A DNA stretch of 64,000 nucleotides from Candidatus Latescibacterota bacterium (GCA_965203805.1 OZ241917.1:416001-480000); one strand, 5' to 3'; counted from the stretch's first letter, positions 40,741-51,523 are shown. Numbers and translations: made by a program. The notes: generated from the sequence alone by a model not told the origin.

Positions 40741-41736
40741 GTGGCTAAGATAAGTCACTTTCCCCGCTATTCTCAAAAGGAGAACATCGTTACAAACAAT
40801 ACCATGCTCTTGATGAGCAGGGTCTATGACTACAACCGCTTGAAGTTCGGTAGATTGTTGAGAGAACTTGATGAACGCATGATTGATATCGCTGACAGAT
40901 TGCACCTCCAATTCATTCAGCAAAAGGGGACGGGTGCAAGTGTCGTAGATGGACTAATCGTTCAGGAAGGTGTGACGATCATCATTGAGACGAAGCTTGA
41001 AGACCGCGGCTTCTCCCGTGACCAGCTTGAACGCCATTTATCGTTGTGTGGCGAAAAAACGCACCGCATTTTGATACTCTTGAGTCCAGGTCCCGAAGGG
41101 CCATTGGGATTAGTCGACCATTTCAATTCTAAAAAGATCCCGACGATACACACGACCTTCCAGCAGTTGATTAATGCGGCAACGGAATGTCTGTCTGCTC
41201 ACGATGAAGACATGCGTGCTGTGCTTGAGGATTTCACGGCATTTTGCAGTACGGAAAAGCTTCTTCCTCGTGACAAATTTACGATGTTCACGCCTCCGTG
41301 TGGGCAGTCTTTCGACGAGAATATTGAATACATGCTTTATTACTGCCCCCGATCTTGGAACCGAAGAGCCAGCAAATATCTCGGCATCTACTCCAAGAAA
41401 TCCATCCGGAGCATTGGACGAATCTCGAAGATCGTGGATTGCAAGATCGATACGGAAAAGGAAAAGGTGGTAGCGTGTGAACCCGACATATCTGAGTTAG
41501 AACGCGAGCGTATCGTCGGTGCGACAAAGGCTGCTTTCGAAATGCGGGGCTGGAACATCAGTGATCAACACAAGTTTTACCTGTGCGACAAAATGGTCGA
41601 GACGAATTTTGAGAAGACTTCCCCGGGCGGGATTCAAGGTCACCGCTACTTTGATCTCGGCGAGGTGCTTCATAAAGAGCAGTTGCCGAGCATTGAAACA
41701 ATTGGGGAACTTTTGAAAGGCCAAACGTGGGAGTAG
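40741..41736 (+). CDS. PD-(D/E)XK nuclease-domain protein
   Basis: EN..T, VDGLI...IIIETK...QL..H. Confidence 0.65.
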   Translation: MAKISHFPRYSQKENIVTNNTMLLMSRVYDYNRLKFGRLLRELDERMIDIADRLHLQFIQQKGTGASVVDGLIVQEGVTIIIETKLEDRGFSRDQLERHLSLCGEKTHRILILLSPGPEGPLGLVDHFNSKKIPTIHTTFQQLINAATECLSAHDEDMRAVLEDFTAFCSTEKLLPRDKFTMFTPPCGQSFDENIEYMLYYCPRSWNRRASKYLGIYSKKSIRSIGRISKIVDCKIDTEKEKVVACEPDISELERERIVGATKAAFEMRGWNISDQHKFYLCDKMVETNFEKTSPGGIQGHRYFDLGEVLHKEQLPSIETIGELLKGQTWE

Positions 41737-42034
41737 CTGTGATTGGGTCGAAGATGCCTTATGAATTTGCCACACTCTGAATACAGCGTTCCAGTGACGC
41801 GTTCTACCGAATAGGCTAGTTTGCGGAACCTTATCGAAATTTGCGAGAGGCCGTTCTAAGGGGTCGATAAGAGCAAGGCCAGAATTCCGTCTCGGCCGCT
41901 GAGGTATTACCAGAGCACTGACTACAAACGAACGACCTAATATGTTCGGTTCGTATTGTGCCTTATATTCCTGTGGACGTGCTCTGGCTGGCGCGTTTTT
42001 CGTCGAACTGGACCGAGACGTGACTTGGGTAGGA

Positions 42035-42139
42035 TTAAATATCTCCCGTGTATCCCTTTAACGCCCAGATCTTTCGGGCGAGTTTTTTTGCATCATCGGA
42101 TGGTCCAATTTCGCCGAGGATGCTGTTGGGCGACGGTCG
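42035..42139 (-). pseudogene. Second diverged 3'-end copy of the Gfo/Idh/MocA gene
   Basis: RPSPNSILGEIGPSDDAKKLARKIWALKGYTGDI*. Confidence 0.8.
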
Positions 42140-42877
42140 GGCAGCGGTCCCGTGTGGCCACTGGCTCTGTCGACGACAAGAATGGCAGCTTGAGATGAAA
42201 CTGGATTCCCATACTCAGGCAGTGGTGCTTCTCACGGTTTCGTTTGGAACACCCGAAGGGTCGACGGCGAAACCGCTTTCACCGAAAGAATGGTCCCGCC
42301 TCGCGGCGTGGCTGAGGGACCGCAAGCTGGATGCGTCGGCTCTGTTGAAGGGAGACTTGAAGAATGAGCTCTCAGGTTGGATGGATCGTTCGATCACGCT
42401 ATCGAGACTTGAGAGCCTTCTGGATCGTGGGGGAGCGTTCGGCCTGTCCCTCGAGAGATGGCAGCGTACGGGTCTGTGGATCGTTACGCAATCCGATCCG
42501 GAGTATCCTGGACAGTTGAAACGCCGTCTTCGGCTGGATTCTCCATTAGCCCCAGCCGGAAATTGCCACATCTTACCGATGCGTTCACGCACCGGCCCGG
42601 TAATCGAAACTCCCGCGCTTCATGTAGCGCGACGCCGTCGATCGAATTCACTCCCCCGTATAACCCTTTGACGCCCAAACCTTTCTGGCGAGTTCTCGGG
42701 CTTCGAAGGATGGTTCGATGTCGCCGAGGATGCTGGAGGACGGCTGTCCGTCTTTTTTGCGGGCGGGATCGGGCGACCAGTCGTCGTCCTCGTATTGCCT
42801 GCGCACCGATTCGTCGCGGAAGTCGGGCACTTCCACAGGCGCGGAATCGTTCAGCGCCGAACGCCACGCCTGGATGC
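42140..42877. repeat. Near-identical copy of 45811-47211 (recQ end, dprA 5', Gfo 3' end) with a ~660-bp internal deletion
   Basis: Direct sequence match; deletion between GGAATCTCCA (46207) and GGATTCTCCA (46870). Confidence 0.9.
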
Positions 42878-43208
42878 AGGCGCGTTCCCTGTTACCCTTG
42901 CTGGGCGGCGAAAAATCACCCGACGAACACCGCGAATTCGTACGGTGCGAGTTTTACGACGCGCTGGACCAGGCCGACGGGACCTTCGCCACGATGTACC
43001 GCGACCGCCGGTACAAACTGGTGGTCTACCACGGGCACGGCCTGGGCGAACTGTATGACCTCGAGGAGGACCCCGGAGAGTTTGACAATCTGTGGGACAA
43101 CCCCGATCACGCCGCCGTGAAACTCGACCTGATGCAACGCAGCTTCGACGCCTCCATGCTCGCCATGGACCGAGGCCCCGATCGCATCGGACCGATGTGA
43201 GGGAGGGG
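42872..43208 (+). repeat. Near-identical copy of the sulfatase 3' end (12810-13146)
   Basis: About 7 substitutions counted by eye; joined to the Gfo copy via shared GGATGC. Confidence 0.92.
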
Positions 43209-43764
43209 GGGAGAGACCGATCGGTTCGTCCTGTGAAGGTATGTTTCGAATGTGAGGTTGACCGGCAATCCGGTCACGAAGAACCACTACACCCTGTGAA
43301 AGATTCTTGCATTGCCGGAGTAACCAATTGGAAAACGGCACCGTGCCGCGAGCAAGTTGTCACGATCTTTCGTGTTTAAAAGTGGGGTCCTGTATCGGCA
43401 CACGCCGGCAATCATCGTCTAATCTTGATTCGTCATTCTTCGGTGACGTCAAATCGAATATACGCAAGTTGATTAAGGCGATTTGACGTCGGATTTCCAG
43501 GAACCTCCAGGTCGCTGGACGTGAACAAAAAAGTCCATTTGGATGACTTTTTCGGCCCATTTCGAAAGGATTCGTCGCGGCACCGCATTGCGGTTTTTGT
43601 TGAATTAAGGCTAACCGTATCGTTTCTCGAGTTTGAGAAATCCAACGGGTACGCTTATTGCGGTACATGAACCATCCAACACTTACCGAGTAGGCTTGAG
43701 GTCGCCTGCCACAGGCCTGCAAAGTTGCTCGCTGTTCAGCAATTCCAGTGGAGGATGGTTCAAA

Positions 43765-45864
43765 ATGGCTGAGAAATCAGATGCACTCGATCTGCTCAAG
43801 CTGGCGACGGATGAACGAGCCCTCGATTTCAGACAGGGCCAATGGGAAGCCATCGACGCTCTCGTGAACAGGAGGTCGCGACTTCTTGTTGTCGAGCGGA
43901 CAGGATGGGGCAAGAGCTCGGTCTACTTCATCGCGACACGCATACTGCGCAACCGTGGGCGTGGACCGACACTGATTGTCTCTCCTCTCCTCGCCCTGAT
44001 GCGAAATCAGATCGACGCTGCGGATCGCTTGGGGATCCGCGCGCTTACGATCAATTCAGCAAACAGAGAGGACTGGCCGAAAGTTCGGCGTGCCATCCGG
44101 TTGGATGAGGTTGATGCGCTTCTGATTTCACCCGAACGGCTGTCGAACGACGAATTCGTCGATAACGTCCTGTTGACGATTGCCGAGCGAATTGGATTAA
44201 TGGTCGTAGACGAGGCGCATTGCATATCTGATTGGGGTCACGATTTCCGCCCCGACTACAAACGTCTCGTACAAATATTGCAGCGAATCCCTGACAATGT
44301 GCCGATTCTGGGTACGACAGCGACGGCGAATGATCGTGTTGTTGAGGATGTGCGGGCGCAGCTTGGTGATTTGGATGTACAACGCGGGCCCCTCGTGCGT
44401 CGAACACTTGCACTTCAAAACATGCGGTTGCCTTCGCAGGTGGAGCGATTGGCATGGTTGGCGGATCACATCGATGCTTTGCCTGGAACGGGAATCATCT
44501 ATACCCTGACCAGGCGCGACGCGAACCAGGTTGCAAACTGGCTGCAGATTCGGGGAATTTCAGCGAAAGCGTACTACAGTGGTGTGGTGAGTGACGAATT
44601 CAAGGGCTCGAATGCCTATCGTCTGCACCTGGAAAAAAAGCTGCTTCGCAATGAGATTAAGGCATTGGTGGCCACGACGGCGCTTGGGATGGGATACGAC
44701 AAGCCGGACCTGGGTTTCGTGGTCCACTACCAGGCGCCGGGCTCAATTGTCGCCTATTACCAACAGGTTGGTCGAGCGGGTCGCGCCATTGAGTCCGCGA
44801 TTGGAATATTGATGTCCGGAGATGAGGACGCCGTCATTCATGAGTTTTTTCGACGAAGTTCCTTTCCGGAGGAAGAGTGGACAATCGAGATACTTGGCGT
44901 CCTGGAAGAAAGCGACGGCTTACGCGTCCGCCAACTCGAGGAGGCAGTTAACCTGATGCGCGGTCAAATTGATCAGGCGCTCAAATTTCTGTCGGTAGAC
45001 AGCCCCGCACCTGTCATCAAATCAGGTTACAATTGGCAACGAACGCCGGTTCACTATCAGATGGACCGCGAACAGATCCGGAGACTGACGGAAAAACGTG
45101 AGATCGAGTGGCAGGAGGTGCAGGAATACATCGAAGAAGACCGGTGCCTGATGGAATTCCTCACCCGGGCGCTTGATGACGTGGACCCCCATCCCTGTGG
45201 CAAGTGTGCTTCATGCCTGCGCCGACCGCTTGTCGAGGTGTCCTTTCAACGCGATACAGCGATTGCGGCTTCCCGTTTCCTTCGTCAATCCGAACTTGAC
45301 TTGGAATGCAACAGGCAAGTCGCACGGAATGGGTTCCCGCAGTACGGTTTTCGCGGAAATATGTCCGGTGACCTTCGAGCCGAAAAGGGACGAATCCTCT
45401 CCCGATGGGGCGACGCCGGCTGGGGACAACTGGTCGCCGACAACAAGCACGGCGGCCACTTTAGCGACGACATCGTAGCCGCGGTCGTGGAGATGATCAA
45501 CGATCGTTGGAAGCCATCACCGACCCCGAAGTGGGTCACGTGCGTCCCATCCCGAAACCATCCGGACCTCGTCCCTGACTACGCGAAGCGGTTGGCGGCG
45601 GCATTGGGATTGGAATTCAGGCCGGTTGTCGAGAAGGTGAAGGACAACGAGCCGCAAAAGCTGCAGCAGAACAGGTACCATCAGTGCAGGAATCTCGATG
45701 GCGTATTCGCGATCCACGGGTTCGTCCCGGGAGACCCGGTTCTTCTGGTCGACGACGTCGTCGACTCCGGATGGACGTTGACTGTCATCGCAGCGTTGCT
45801 TCGAATGGCCGGCAGCGGTCCCGTGTGGCCACTGGCTCTGTCGACGACAAGAATGGCAGCTTGA
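43765..45864 (+). CDS. RecQ-family helicase with C-terminal phosphoribosyltransferase (ComF-like) domain
   Basis: TGWGKS, VVDEAHCISDWGHDFRP, YYQQVGRAGR, CGKC; LLVDDVVDSGWT. Confidence 0.9.
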   Translation: MAEKSDALDLLKLATDERALDFRQGQWEAIDALVNRRSRLLVVERTGWGKSSVYFIATRILRNRGRGPTLIVSPLLALMRNQIDAADRLGIRALTINSANREDWPKVRRAIRLDEVDALLISPERLSNDEFVDNVLLTIAERIGLMVVDEAHCISDWGHDFRPDYKRLVQILQRIPDNVPILGTTATANDRVVEDVRAQLGDLDVQRGPLVRRTLALQNMRLPSQVERLAWLADHIDALPGTGIIYTLTRRDANQVANWLQIRGISAKAYYSGVVSDEFKGSNAYRLHLEKKLLRNEIKALVATTALGMGYDKPDLGFVVHYQAPGSIVAYYQQVGRAGRAIESAIGILMSGDEDAVIHEFFRRSSFPEEEWTIEILGVLEESDGLRVRQLEEAVNLMRGQIDQALKFLSVDSPAPVIKSGYNWQRTPVHYQMDREQIRRLTEKREIEWQEVQEYIEEDRCLMEFLTRALDDVDPHPCGKCASCLRRPLVEVSFQRDTAIAASRFLRQSELDLECNRQVARNGFPQYGFRGNMSGDLRAEKGRILSRWGDAGWGQLVADNKHGGHFSDDIVAAVVEMINDRWKPSPTPKWVTCVPSRNHPDLVPDYAKRLAAALGLEFRPVVEKVKDNEPQKLQQNRYHQCRNLDGVFAIHGFVPGDPVLLVDDVVDSGWTLTVIAALLRMAGSGPVWPLALSTTRMAA

Positions 45865-45865
45865 G

Positions 45866-46825
45866 ATGAAACTGGATTCCCATACTCAGGCAGTGGTGCT
45901 TCTCACGGTTTCGTTTGGAACACCCGAAGGGTCGACGGCGAAACCGCTTTCACCGAAAGAATGGGCCCGCCTCGCGGCGTGGCTGAGGGACCGCAAGCTG
46001 GATGCGTCGGCTCTGTTGAAGGGAGACTTGAAGAATGAGCTCTCAGGTTGGATGGATCGTTCGATCACGCTATCGAGACTTGAGAGCCTTCTGGATCGTG
46101 GGGGAGCGTTCGGCCTGTCCCTCGAGAGATGGCAGCGTACGGGTCTGTGGATCGTTACGCAATCCGATCCGGAGTATCCTGGACAGTTGAAGCGCCGTCT
46201 TGGGCTGGAATCTCCACCCGTGTTGTTCGGCTGCGGAAACAAGATGCTGCTTCCGCGCGGCGGCATCGCTGTCGCCGGCTCTCGAAATGCGTGCCGAGAG
46301 GACCTCACTTTCGCGCGGAGAGTGGGCGCCGCCGCCGCCCGGAAGGGCTTCTCGATCGTATCGGGCGGAGCCCGCGGGGTCGACCAGAGCGCAATGTTGG
46401 GCACACTGGAGAACGAAGGCACCGGAGTCGGCGTTCTGGCAGACAATTTGATACGGGCGGCGACGTCGGCAAAATACCGCAAGTTTCTTGTTTCACGCGA
46501 TTTGGTGCTGGTAACCCCGTTCAATCCGGAAGCGGGATTCAACGTCGGCAACGCGATGCGCCGAAACCGGTATATCTATTGCCTGTCCGAAGCTGGAATC
46601 GTGGTCAGCAGCGCGCCGAACCGGGGGGGCACCTGGAATGGCGCACTCGAAAACCTGAAAGCCGCCTGGGTTCCCCTTTGGGTCAAACGCACGGATGACA
46701 GGAAGTCAGGCAATGCAAGTCTTGTCGAGAGGGGCGCGCGGTGGATTCCCGACAAATTAGAGACGCTTGAAAACCTGATTCGCGATTCGACATCCGGGCC
46801 CGCTGCAGCGCCCCGGCTCTTTTAG
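45866..46825 (+). CDS. DprA/SMF-like DNA-processing protein
   Basis: YP..L, PPVLF, GSR, VSGGARGVD, RNRYI, GGT. Confidence 0.88.
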   Translation: MKLDSHTQAVVLLTVSFGTPEGSTAKPLSPKEWARLAAWLRDRKLDASALLKGDLKNELSGWMDRSITLSRLESLLDRGGAFGLSLERWQRTGLWIVTQSDPEYPGQLKRRLGLESPPVLFGCGNKMLLPRGGIAVAGSRNACREDLTFARRVGAAAARKGFSIVSGGARGVDQSAMLGTLENEGTGVGVLADNLIRAATSAKYRKFLVSRDLVLVTPFNPEAGFNVGNAMRRNRYIYCLSEAGIVVSSAPNRGGTWNGALENLKAAWVPLWVKRTDDRKSGNASLVERGARWIPDKLETLENLIRDSTSGPAAAPRLF

Positions 46826-46981
46826 CGCACCCGCAATTCCCTTCCTTTTTTCGAGTCGGCCAACCTCCAGGATTCTCCATTCGCCCCAGCCGGAATTTGC
46901 CACATCTTACAGATGCGTTCACGCACCGGCCCGGTAATCGAAACTCCCGCGTTTCATGTAGCGCGACGCCGTCGATCGAAT

Positions 46982-48241
46982 TCACTCCCCCGTATAACCC
47001 TTTGACGCCCAAACCTTTCTGGCGAGTTCTCGGGCTTCGGCGGATGGTTCGATGTCGCCGAGGATGCTGGAGGACGGCTGTCCGTCTTTTTTGCGGGCGG
47101 GGTCGGGCGACCAGTCGTCGTCCTCGTATTGCCTGCGCACCGATTCGTCGCGGAAGTCGGGCACTTCCACAGGCGCGGAATCGTTAAGCGCCGAACGCCA
47201 CGCCTGGATGCCGGCGATGCTCATATCGAGCCCCCTGTACACATCCAGATAGGGCTGTTCGCCCGTGCGGATTGCCTCGGCAAAGTGCCAGGAGGTGAAG
47301 AAGTCGCCGCCGCCGTGCCCGGCGCGGGTCGCCCTGTCGTGATGGACGGGGAAGTCGGGTTTGTACACGGTTTCGACGGGCTCGCCCTTACGCTTTTCCC
47401 ACGGTTCGCGCCAGACCCGCAGCCGCTGCCTGTCGCCGTGGCGGCAGTTCTCCATCACCCCCTTGTTGCCGTGGATGCGGACGTAGTTGCCGTGACCGCG
47501 CAGCCCGCCGTGAAGTGACTTCATCACCGCGTCGTTGTCCATCCGGCAGATGATCACCGCGGCGGTGTCGGATCGCTTCATGTGCAGCGTCTGCGAGGGG
47601 TCTGCGAAATCGAAGGGGATGACGAATCCATTCACTTTCGTGGGTCTCGTGTCGGTGATGTACATGACCGGCGCGATGGAATGCGTGCAATAATACGTGG
47701 CCGGGGTCCAGTTGCGCCAGTGGTCTCGCCCGCAGCTTCGACCCAGTTTCACTTCGGGCGGATCCGGGTGGACGTATTCGCCCTCGCCGTATTTGAACTC
47801 GCCCACGCGTCCTTCCTGATAGAGCCGCTTCATCTCCTGGTTGAAGACCATGTAGGGGTAGTTCTCGGCGAACATGTAAATCCTGCCGCTTTTTTCGACC
47901 GCCCTGGCCAGCGCGACCCCTTCGCCCAGGGTGTGGCAGGCTGCGGTCTCACTCATCACGTGTTTCCCGGCGTTGAGTGCCTTGATGGCAAACGGGGCGT
48001 GCTCGTGGAAATAGTTCGCCAGCACGACCGCGTCCATGTCGCAGCCCAGGAAGTCGTCGTAGTCGACGAAAGTCCGGACATTCAGTGTTTCTCCCTCCGC
48101 CATCAGCCGCTCTTCCCAGGTGTCGCAAATTGCAACAAGCGCCATCCCGGTCGCCCCGGCCGCACGCGCAAACGAACGCCCGCGGCCGACGCCGACCACG
48201 CCGACCCGGATTTTCCGGTTTTCACCTTCATTGGCCATCAT
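46982..48241 (-). CDS. Gfo/Idh/MocA oxidoreductase
   Basis: VGVVGVGRG, AGKHVMSE, AENY, GEYVH, GHGGGD. Confidence 0.9.
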   Translation of the reverse strand: MMANEGENRKIRVGVVGVGRGRSFARAAGATGMALVAICDTWEERLMAEGETLNVRTFVDYDDFLGCDMDAVVLANYFHEHAPFAIKALNAGKHVMSETAACHTLGEGVALARAVEKSGRIYMFAENYPYMVFNQEMKRLYQEGRVGEFKYGEGEYVHPDPPEVKLGRSCGRDHWRNWTPATYYCTHSIAPVMYITDTRPTKVNGFVIPFDFADPSQTLHMKRSDTAAVIICRMDNDAVMKSLHGGLRGHGNYVRIHGNKGVMENCRHGDRQRLRVWREPWEKRKGEPVETVYKPDFPVHHDRATRAGHGGGDFFTSWHFAEAIRTGEQPYLDVYRGLDMSIAGIQAWRSALNDSAPVEVPDFRDESVRRQYEDDDWSPDPARKKDGQPSSSILGDIEPSAEARELARKVWASKGYTGE

Positions 48242-48479
48242 TCAATCCCTTACAATGTGCAGCGGAATTCGTGAATCGGGAATGGCATCTCCGATCCACA
48301 CGAAAATCGCCCCCATTCCCTCGCGATATTCCGAATTTACGTCCGGTCTTCATCTGGCGCAATCACACTTTTGTTGTTACAATAGTGCATACCTCGCCGA
48401 ATCCGGCTTTTGGCCTCACAGCATCGTTACTCAGGGCTACTGTGAGGTTTTATCGAGACGTTAAAAGAGGAAGAGTAAG

Positions 48480-49298
48480 ATGGGAACCGGCACGAAAACG
48501 GGTTCCGGACTGAGCCCGTCGCAAAAGTACTTCTTCGACGTCAACGGCTATGTGTTGCTTCATGGGATTTTCGGTCCGGAAGAATGTGGCCGTCTGATTG
48601 ATCTTGCGGACAGGATGGACGCCGATGATACATGCGCGTACAAGCACGACGGCTATCCGAAGACCGCGACGCTGACCGTACTCTCCCGGTGCGCCTGGTA
48701 TGATCCGTACTTGCTGGAGACCGCCTTGCACCCCGTCCTGCTCCCGATCATCGAGGAGGTCGTGGGCGGTGACGTGCGCCTGGAAGAGCATCAGTTCCTG
48801 ATCAATTATCCGGATGAGCCGCGCGGCGATGCCGACCAGCCCTCCTGCAATGTGGCCAATGAGGGGTGGCACCGGGGTATCGCCCCGAATGTGGGAAGTT
48901 TTGACGCAGATGAACACTACCACTGTATGTTCAGCAAAGCCTTCATCTACCTGACCGACAACGGTCCCGGGGAGGGGACGTGGGTGGTGCCGGGAAGCCA
49001 TCGCATGAATATGCCCATGGCAACGCTGCGCGAATTCATGGACGAAACCCTGGCGCGGCAATTGGGATCCCGGGCGGGCGACGTCCTCATCCTGAGCGAA
49101 ACGCTCATCCACGCCGGCCCCCGGTTGGGCGCAGGCGCGCAACCGCGGTATTCGCTCGTGTACGGATATACGCCGCCGTTCATGCAGACGTGGAATCGCT
49201 ACGATCCGCCGGCTGATCTGCTTGAGCGGGTGACGCCCGAACAACGGCGCCTGCTGACGGGTGAACTCCGATACGCATTCCGCCGGGGGCAGTTCTGA
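48480..49298 (+). CDS. PhyH-family 2OG-Fe(II) dioxygenase-like protein
   Basis: FDVNGY, WHRG, YLTD, VVPGSH, AGD...H. Confidence 0.85.
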   Translation: MGTGTKTGSGLSPSQKYFFDVNGYVLLHGIFGPEECGRLIDLADRMDADDTCAYKHDGYPKTATLTVLSRCAWYDPYLLETALHPVLLPIIEEVVGGDVRLEEHQFLINYPDEPRGDADQPSCNVANEGWHRGIAPNVGSFDADEHYHCMFSKAFIYLTDNGPGEGTWVVPGSHRMNMPMATLREFMDETLARQLGSRAGDVLILSETLIHAGPRLGAGAQPRYSLVYGYTPPFMQTWNRYDPPADLLERVTPEQRRLLTGELRYAFRRGQF

Positions 49299-49332
49299 GG
49301 ATCGGCGGGAAACCCCAAACGATTGGTAATCA

Positions 49333-50361
49333 ATGCCCCTTGGAGTCGCATTGCTGGGAACCGGCCGCATCGGCGGCAGTTATATCGACGTGGTGAAGAA
49401 GACGCCCGGCGCCGATATCAGGATTGTCGCGGAGCCGAGGGAAGATGCCGCGGCACGCTGGCAGAACCGGCATCCCGACGTCGACTTTGTGGCAGACTAC
49501 CGGGAATGCCTGGAACGCGACGACGTTGACGTCGTCATCGGAACCCTGCCGCACTGGCTCCATCACCAGGCGGCGATGGATGCCGCGGCCGCCGGCAAAC
49601 ACATCTACATGGAGAAACCGCTCGCGGCCTGGGCCTGGCAGGCCGAGGAGATGCTGGAGGCGGCGAGGGAGAACGGCGTCAAGCTCATGACCGCCCACAC
49701 CCAGCGCTATTTCCCGGCCGTCAGGGCGATGAAAGTTGTCGTGGACCGCGGCAACCTGGGGTCGCTGATTATGGCGTACGACATGTGGCACAAGCCCTAT
49801 GTTCCGTACAACCGGCCGGCGTGGATGCTGGAACGCGAACGGGGCGGCGGCATGGGACAGATGGACGGCACCCACCAGATCGACCGGCTGCTCTGGATCA
49901 TCGGGAACGACGTCGCGACGGTCTCGGCGCAGCAGGGGCAGTTTACCCATCCGAGATCGGAACATCCGAAAATCGATTGCGACGACACAGGCATGTACTT
50001 CATCCGGTGGACGAGCGGCGTGGTGGCAACGGTCAGCCGCATCGCGTGGGAGCGCGGGGCAACGGAGTACGGCGGCGACTGGTTTTTCACGGATGGTATG
50101 GCGCGTTTCCGATTGCCGTACGGCGGGGGTGATCCGCCGGGGTTGTTCATCGCCGACACAGGCGACGGGACCTGGCGGCGCGAGCCCGTTCCCGCTCGCG
50201 ACAGCCTGCTGGACGAGTTCACCGATTTCATCGGGTCGCTCGAGCGTGGCGACGAGGATACACCGATACCCCAGGTTCATGGACTCAACGTGCTCAAGGT
50301 CCTGGAAGCTACCGAATCGTCCGCGCGGACCGGGCGCGAAGTGGTCCTGGACCTGGCGTAG
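49333..50361 (+). CDS. Gfo/Idh/MocA oxidoreductase
   Basis: GTGRIG, AGKHIYMEKP, GGG...H.ID. Confidence 0.9.
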   Translation: MPLGVALLGTGRIGGSYIDVVKKTPGADIRIVAEPREDAAARWQNRHPDVDFVADYRECLERDDVDVVIGTLPHWLHHQAAMDAAAAGKHIYMEKPLAAWAWQAEEMLEAARENGVKLMTAHTQRYFPAVRAMKVVVDRGNLGSLIMAYDMWHKPYVPYNRPAWMLERERGGGMGQMDGTHQIDRLLWIIGNDVATVSAQQGQFTHPRSEHPKIDCDDTGMYFIRWTSGVVATVSRIAWERGATEYGGDWFFTDGMARFRLPYGGGDPPGLFIADTGDGTWRREPVPARDSLLDEFTDFIGSLERGDEDTPIPQVHGLNVLKVLEATESSARTGREVVLDLA

Positions 50362-50376
50362 GAAGGAGAGGGTAAA

Positions 50377-51117
50377 ATGAACGACATACGGGCATTTTTC
50401 GAGGAAAACGGCTTCTACCTTGCCAGAGGCGTCTTTTCTCAGGATGAATTGGGCCGGCTGGAAGACGAATTCGATCGAATTGTGCGTCAAATCGGCAAGG
50501 AAGACAAGAATGGCTCCGCAAACGGCAACGGTGTCATCAGCACCCGCAACGTGCAGCAGTATTCCGGTCTGTGGATGGCCGCCCTGCTTCAGATAAAATT
50601 CCTCGACATTGTCGAACGGCTCATCGGTCCGGATATCGTCCTCAATCATTCCACGCTCTTCGAGAAGCGGATGACAACCGCAAAAACACCCTTCCACATG
50701 CACCAGGACTGGAGCTACCTGCCGACCCGGATGAACACCATGATTGCCGGCATGATCCATGTCAGCGAGGCCACGGAGGAAATGGGCTGCCTCAGAGTCT
50801 ATCCCGGCTCCCACAGACACGGCCGGGTGGAAGGCTCTACCGCGACGAATGCGGCGTTCCACGAACAGTTTCCGTTTGAGGGGTCCACGGCGATTGAAGC
50901 ACGCCCGGGCGACGTCACGTTTTTTGACTACTTCATTGTTCATGGCTCGCGGTCCAACCGCTCTGAAACGCCGAGGAAGGTGGTGATCGCGCGGATGTTT
51001 TCCGGCAGGGACCGGAAGGAAGACATCCATCAGTTCAGCGAAAACCTGGTGCTGCGCGGGTGGAATTATCATACGACCACCGCCACGGCCAGGAAAACGG
51101 TATTGAAGTCTGCGTGA
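50377..51117 (+). CDS. PhyH-family dioxygenase
   Basis: F.ENGF, HQD, GCL.V.PGSH, PGDV, HGS..N.S..R. Confidence 0.9.
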   Translation: MNDIRAFFEENGFYLARGVFSQDELGRLEDEFDRIVRQIGKEDKNGSANGNGVISTRNVQQYSGLWMAALLQIKFLDIVERLIGPDIVLNHSTLFEKRMTTAKTPFHMHQDWSYLPTRMNTMIAGMIHVSEATEEMGCLRVYPGSHRHGRVEGSTATNAAFHEQFPFEGSTAIEARPGDVTFFDYFIVHGSRSNRSETPRKVVIARMFSGRDRKEDIHQFSENLVLRGWNYHTTTATARKTVLKSA

Positions 51118-51331
51118 TTCACCGCCTGACCGGGCGCGGTGGTCCCTCACAGTCACCACCCGGTCTTCCGGTTACCGGTTGAAATATTAATTTTTTAATT
51201 GATCGGACGACGACATTTCCATATATTAAATTATCAATGGATATAAAACGCTACAGTAAATGCTTGGTCAGACTGGCGGCCGTCGAGACATAACAGGTCT
51301 CGCCAACGTGTGACAGGCACATCTCGCTCAT

Positions 51332-51523
51332 GTTATTGCAAACCATGTCATTCTGAGCGCAGCGAAGAATCTCCCGTCTTCTCGATCGTCCCGACGCAGA
51401 AACGCAGGAAATACATCTGCGCGGACTCATCACCGGTTTGGCGGCCTCGTCAGGATGACAGTACTGGAAAACGTGTAACAGCCACATTTTCCAAATGGTT
51501 ATTGCAAAACATGTCATTCTGAG
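51332..51523. repeat. ~166-bp REP/REPIN-like unit plus the start of a second unit
   Basis: TGTCATTCTGAGCGCAGCGAAGAATCTC...TCAGGATGACA with inverted ends at 51346-51460. Confidence 0.8.

Noticed and set aside
42718-43200. Novel fusion protein ORF
   Set aside because: It is a chimera of antisense Gfo sequence and the duplicated sulfatase tail across a recombination junction.
43706-43716. CCTG-CCA-CAGG as a sixth hairpin insert
   Set aside because: Arms are only 4-5 bp, which is compatible with chance.
13147-46981. Prophage or ICE
   Set aside because: No integrase, structural, relaxase or T4SS genes were seen.
49330-51159. 609-aa minus-strand ORF (also 9526-10710, 11597-12547, 7003-8385)
   Set aside because: Shadow ORFs of well-supported genes in GC-rich DNA, with no recognisable motifs.
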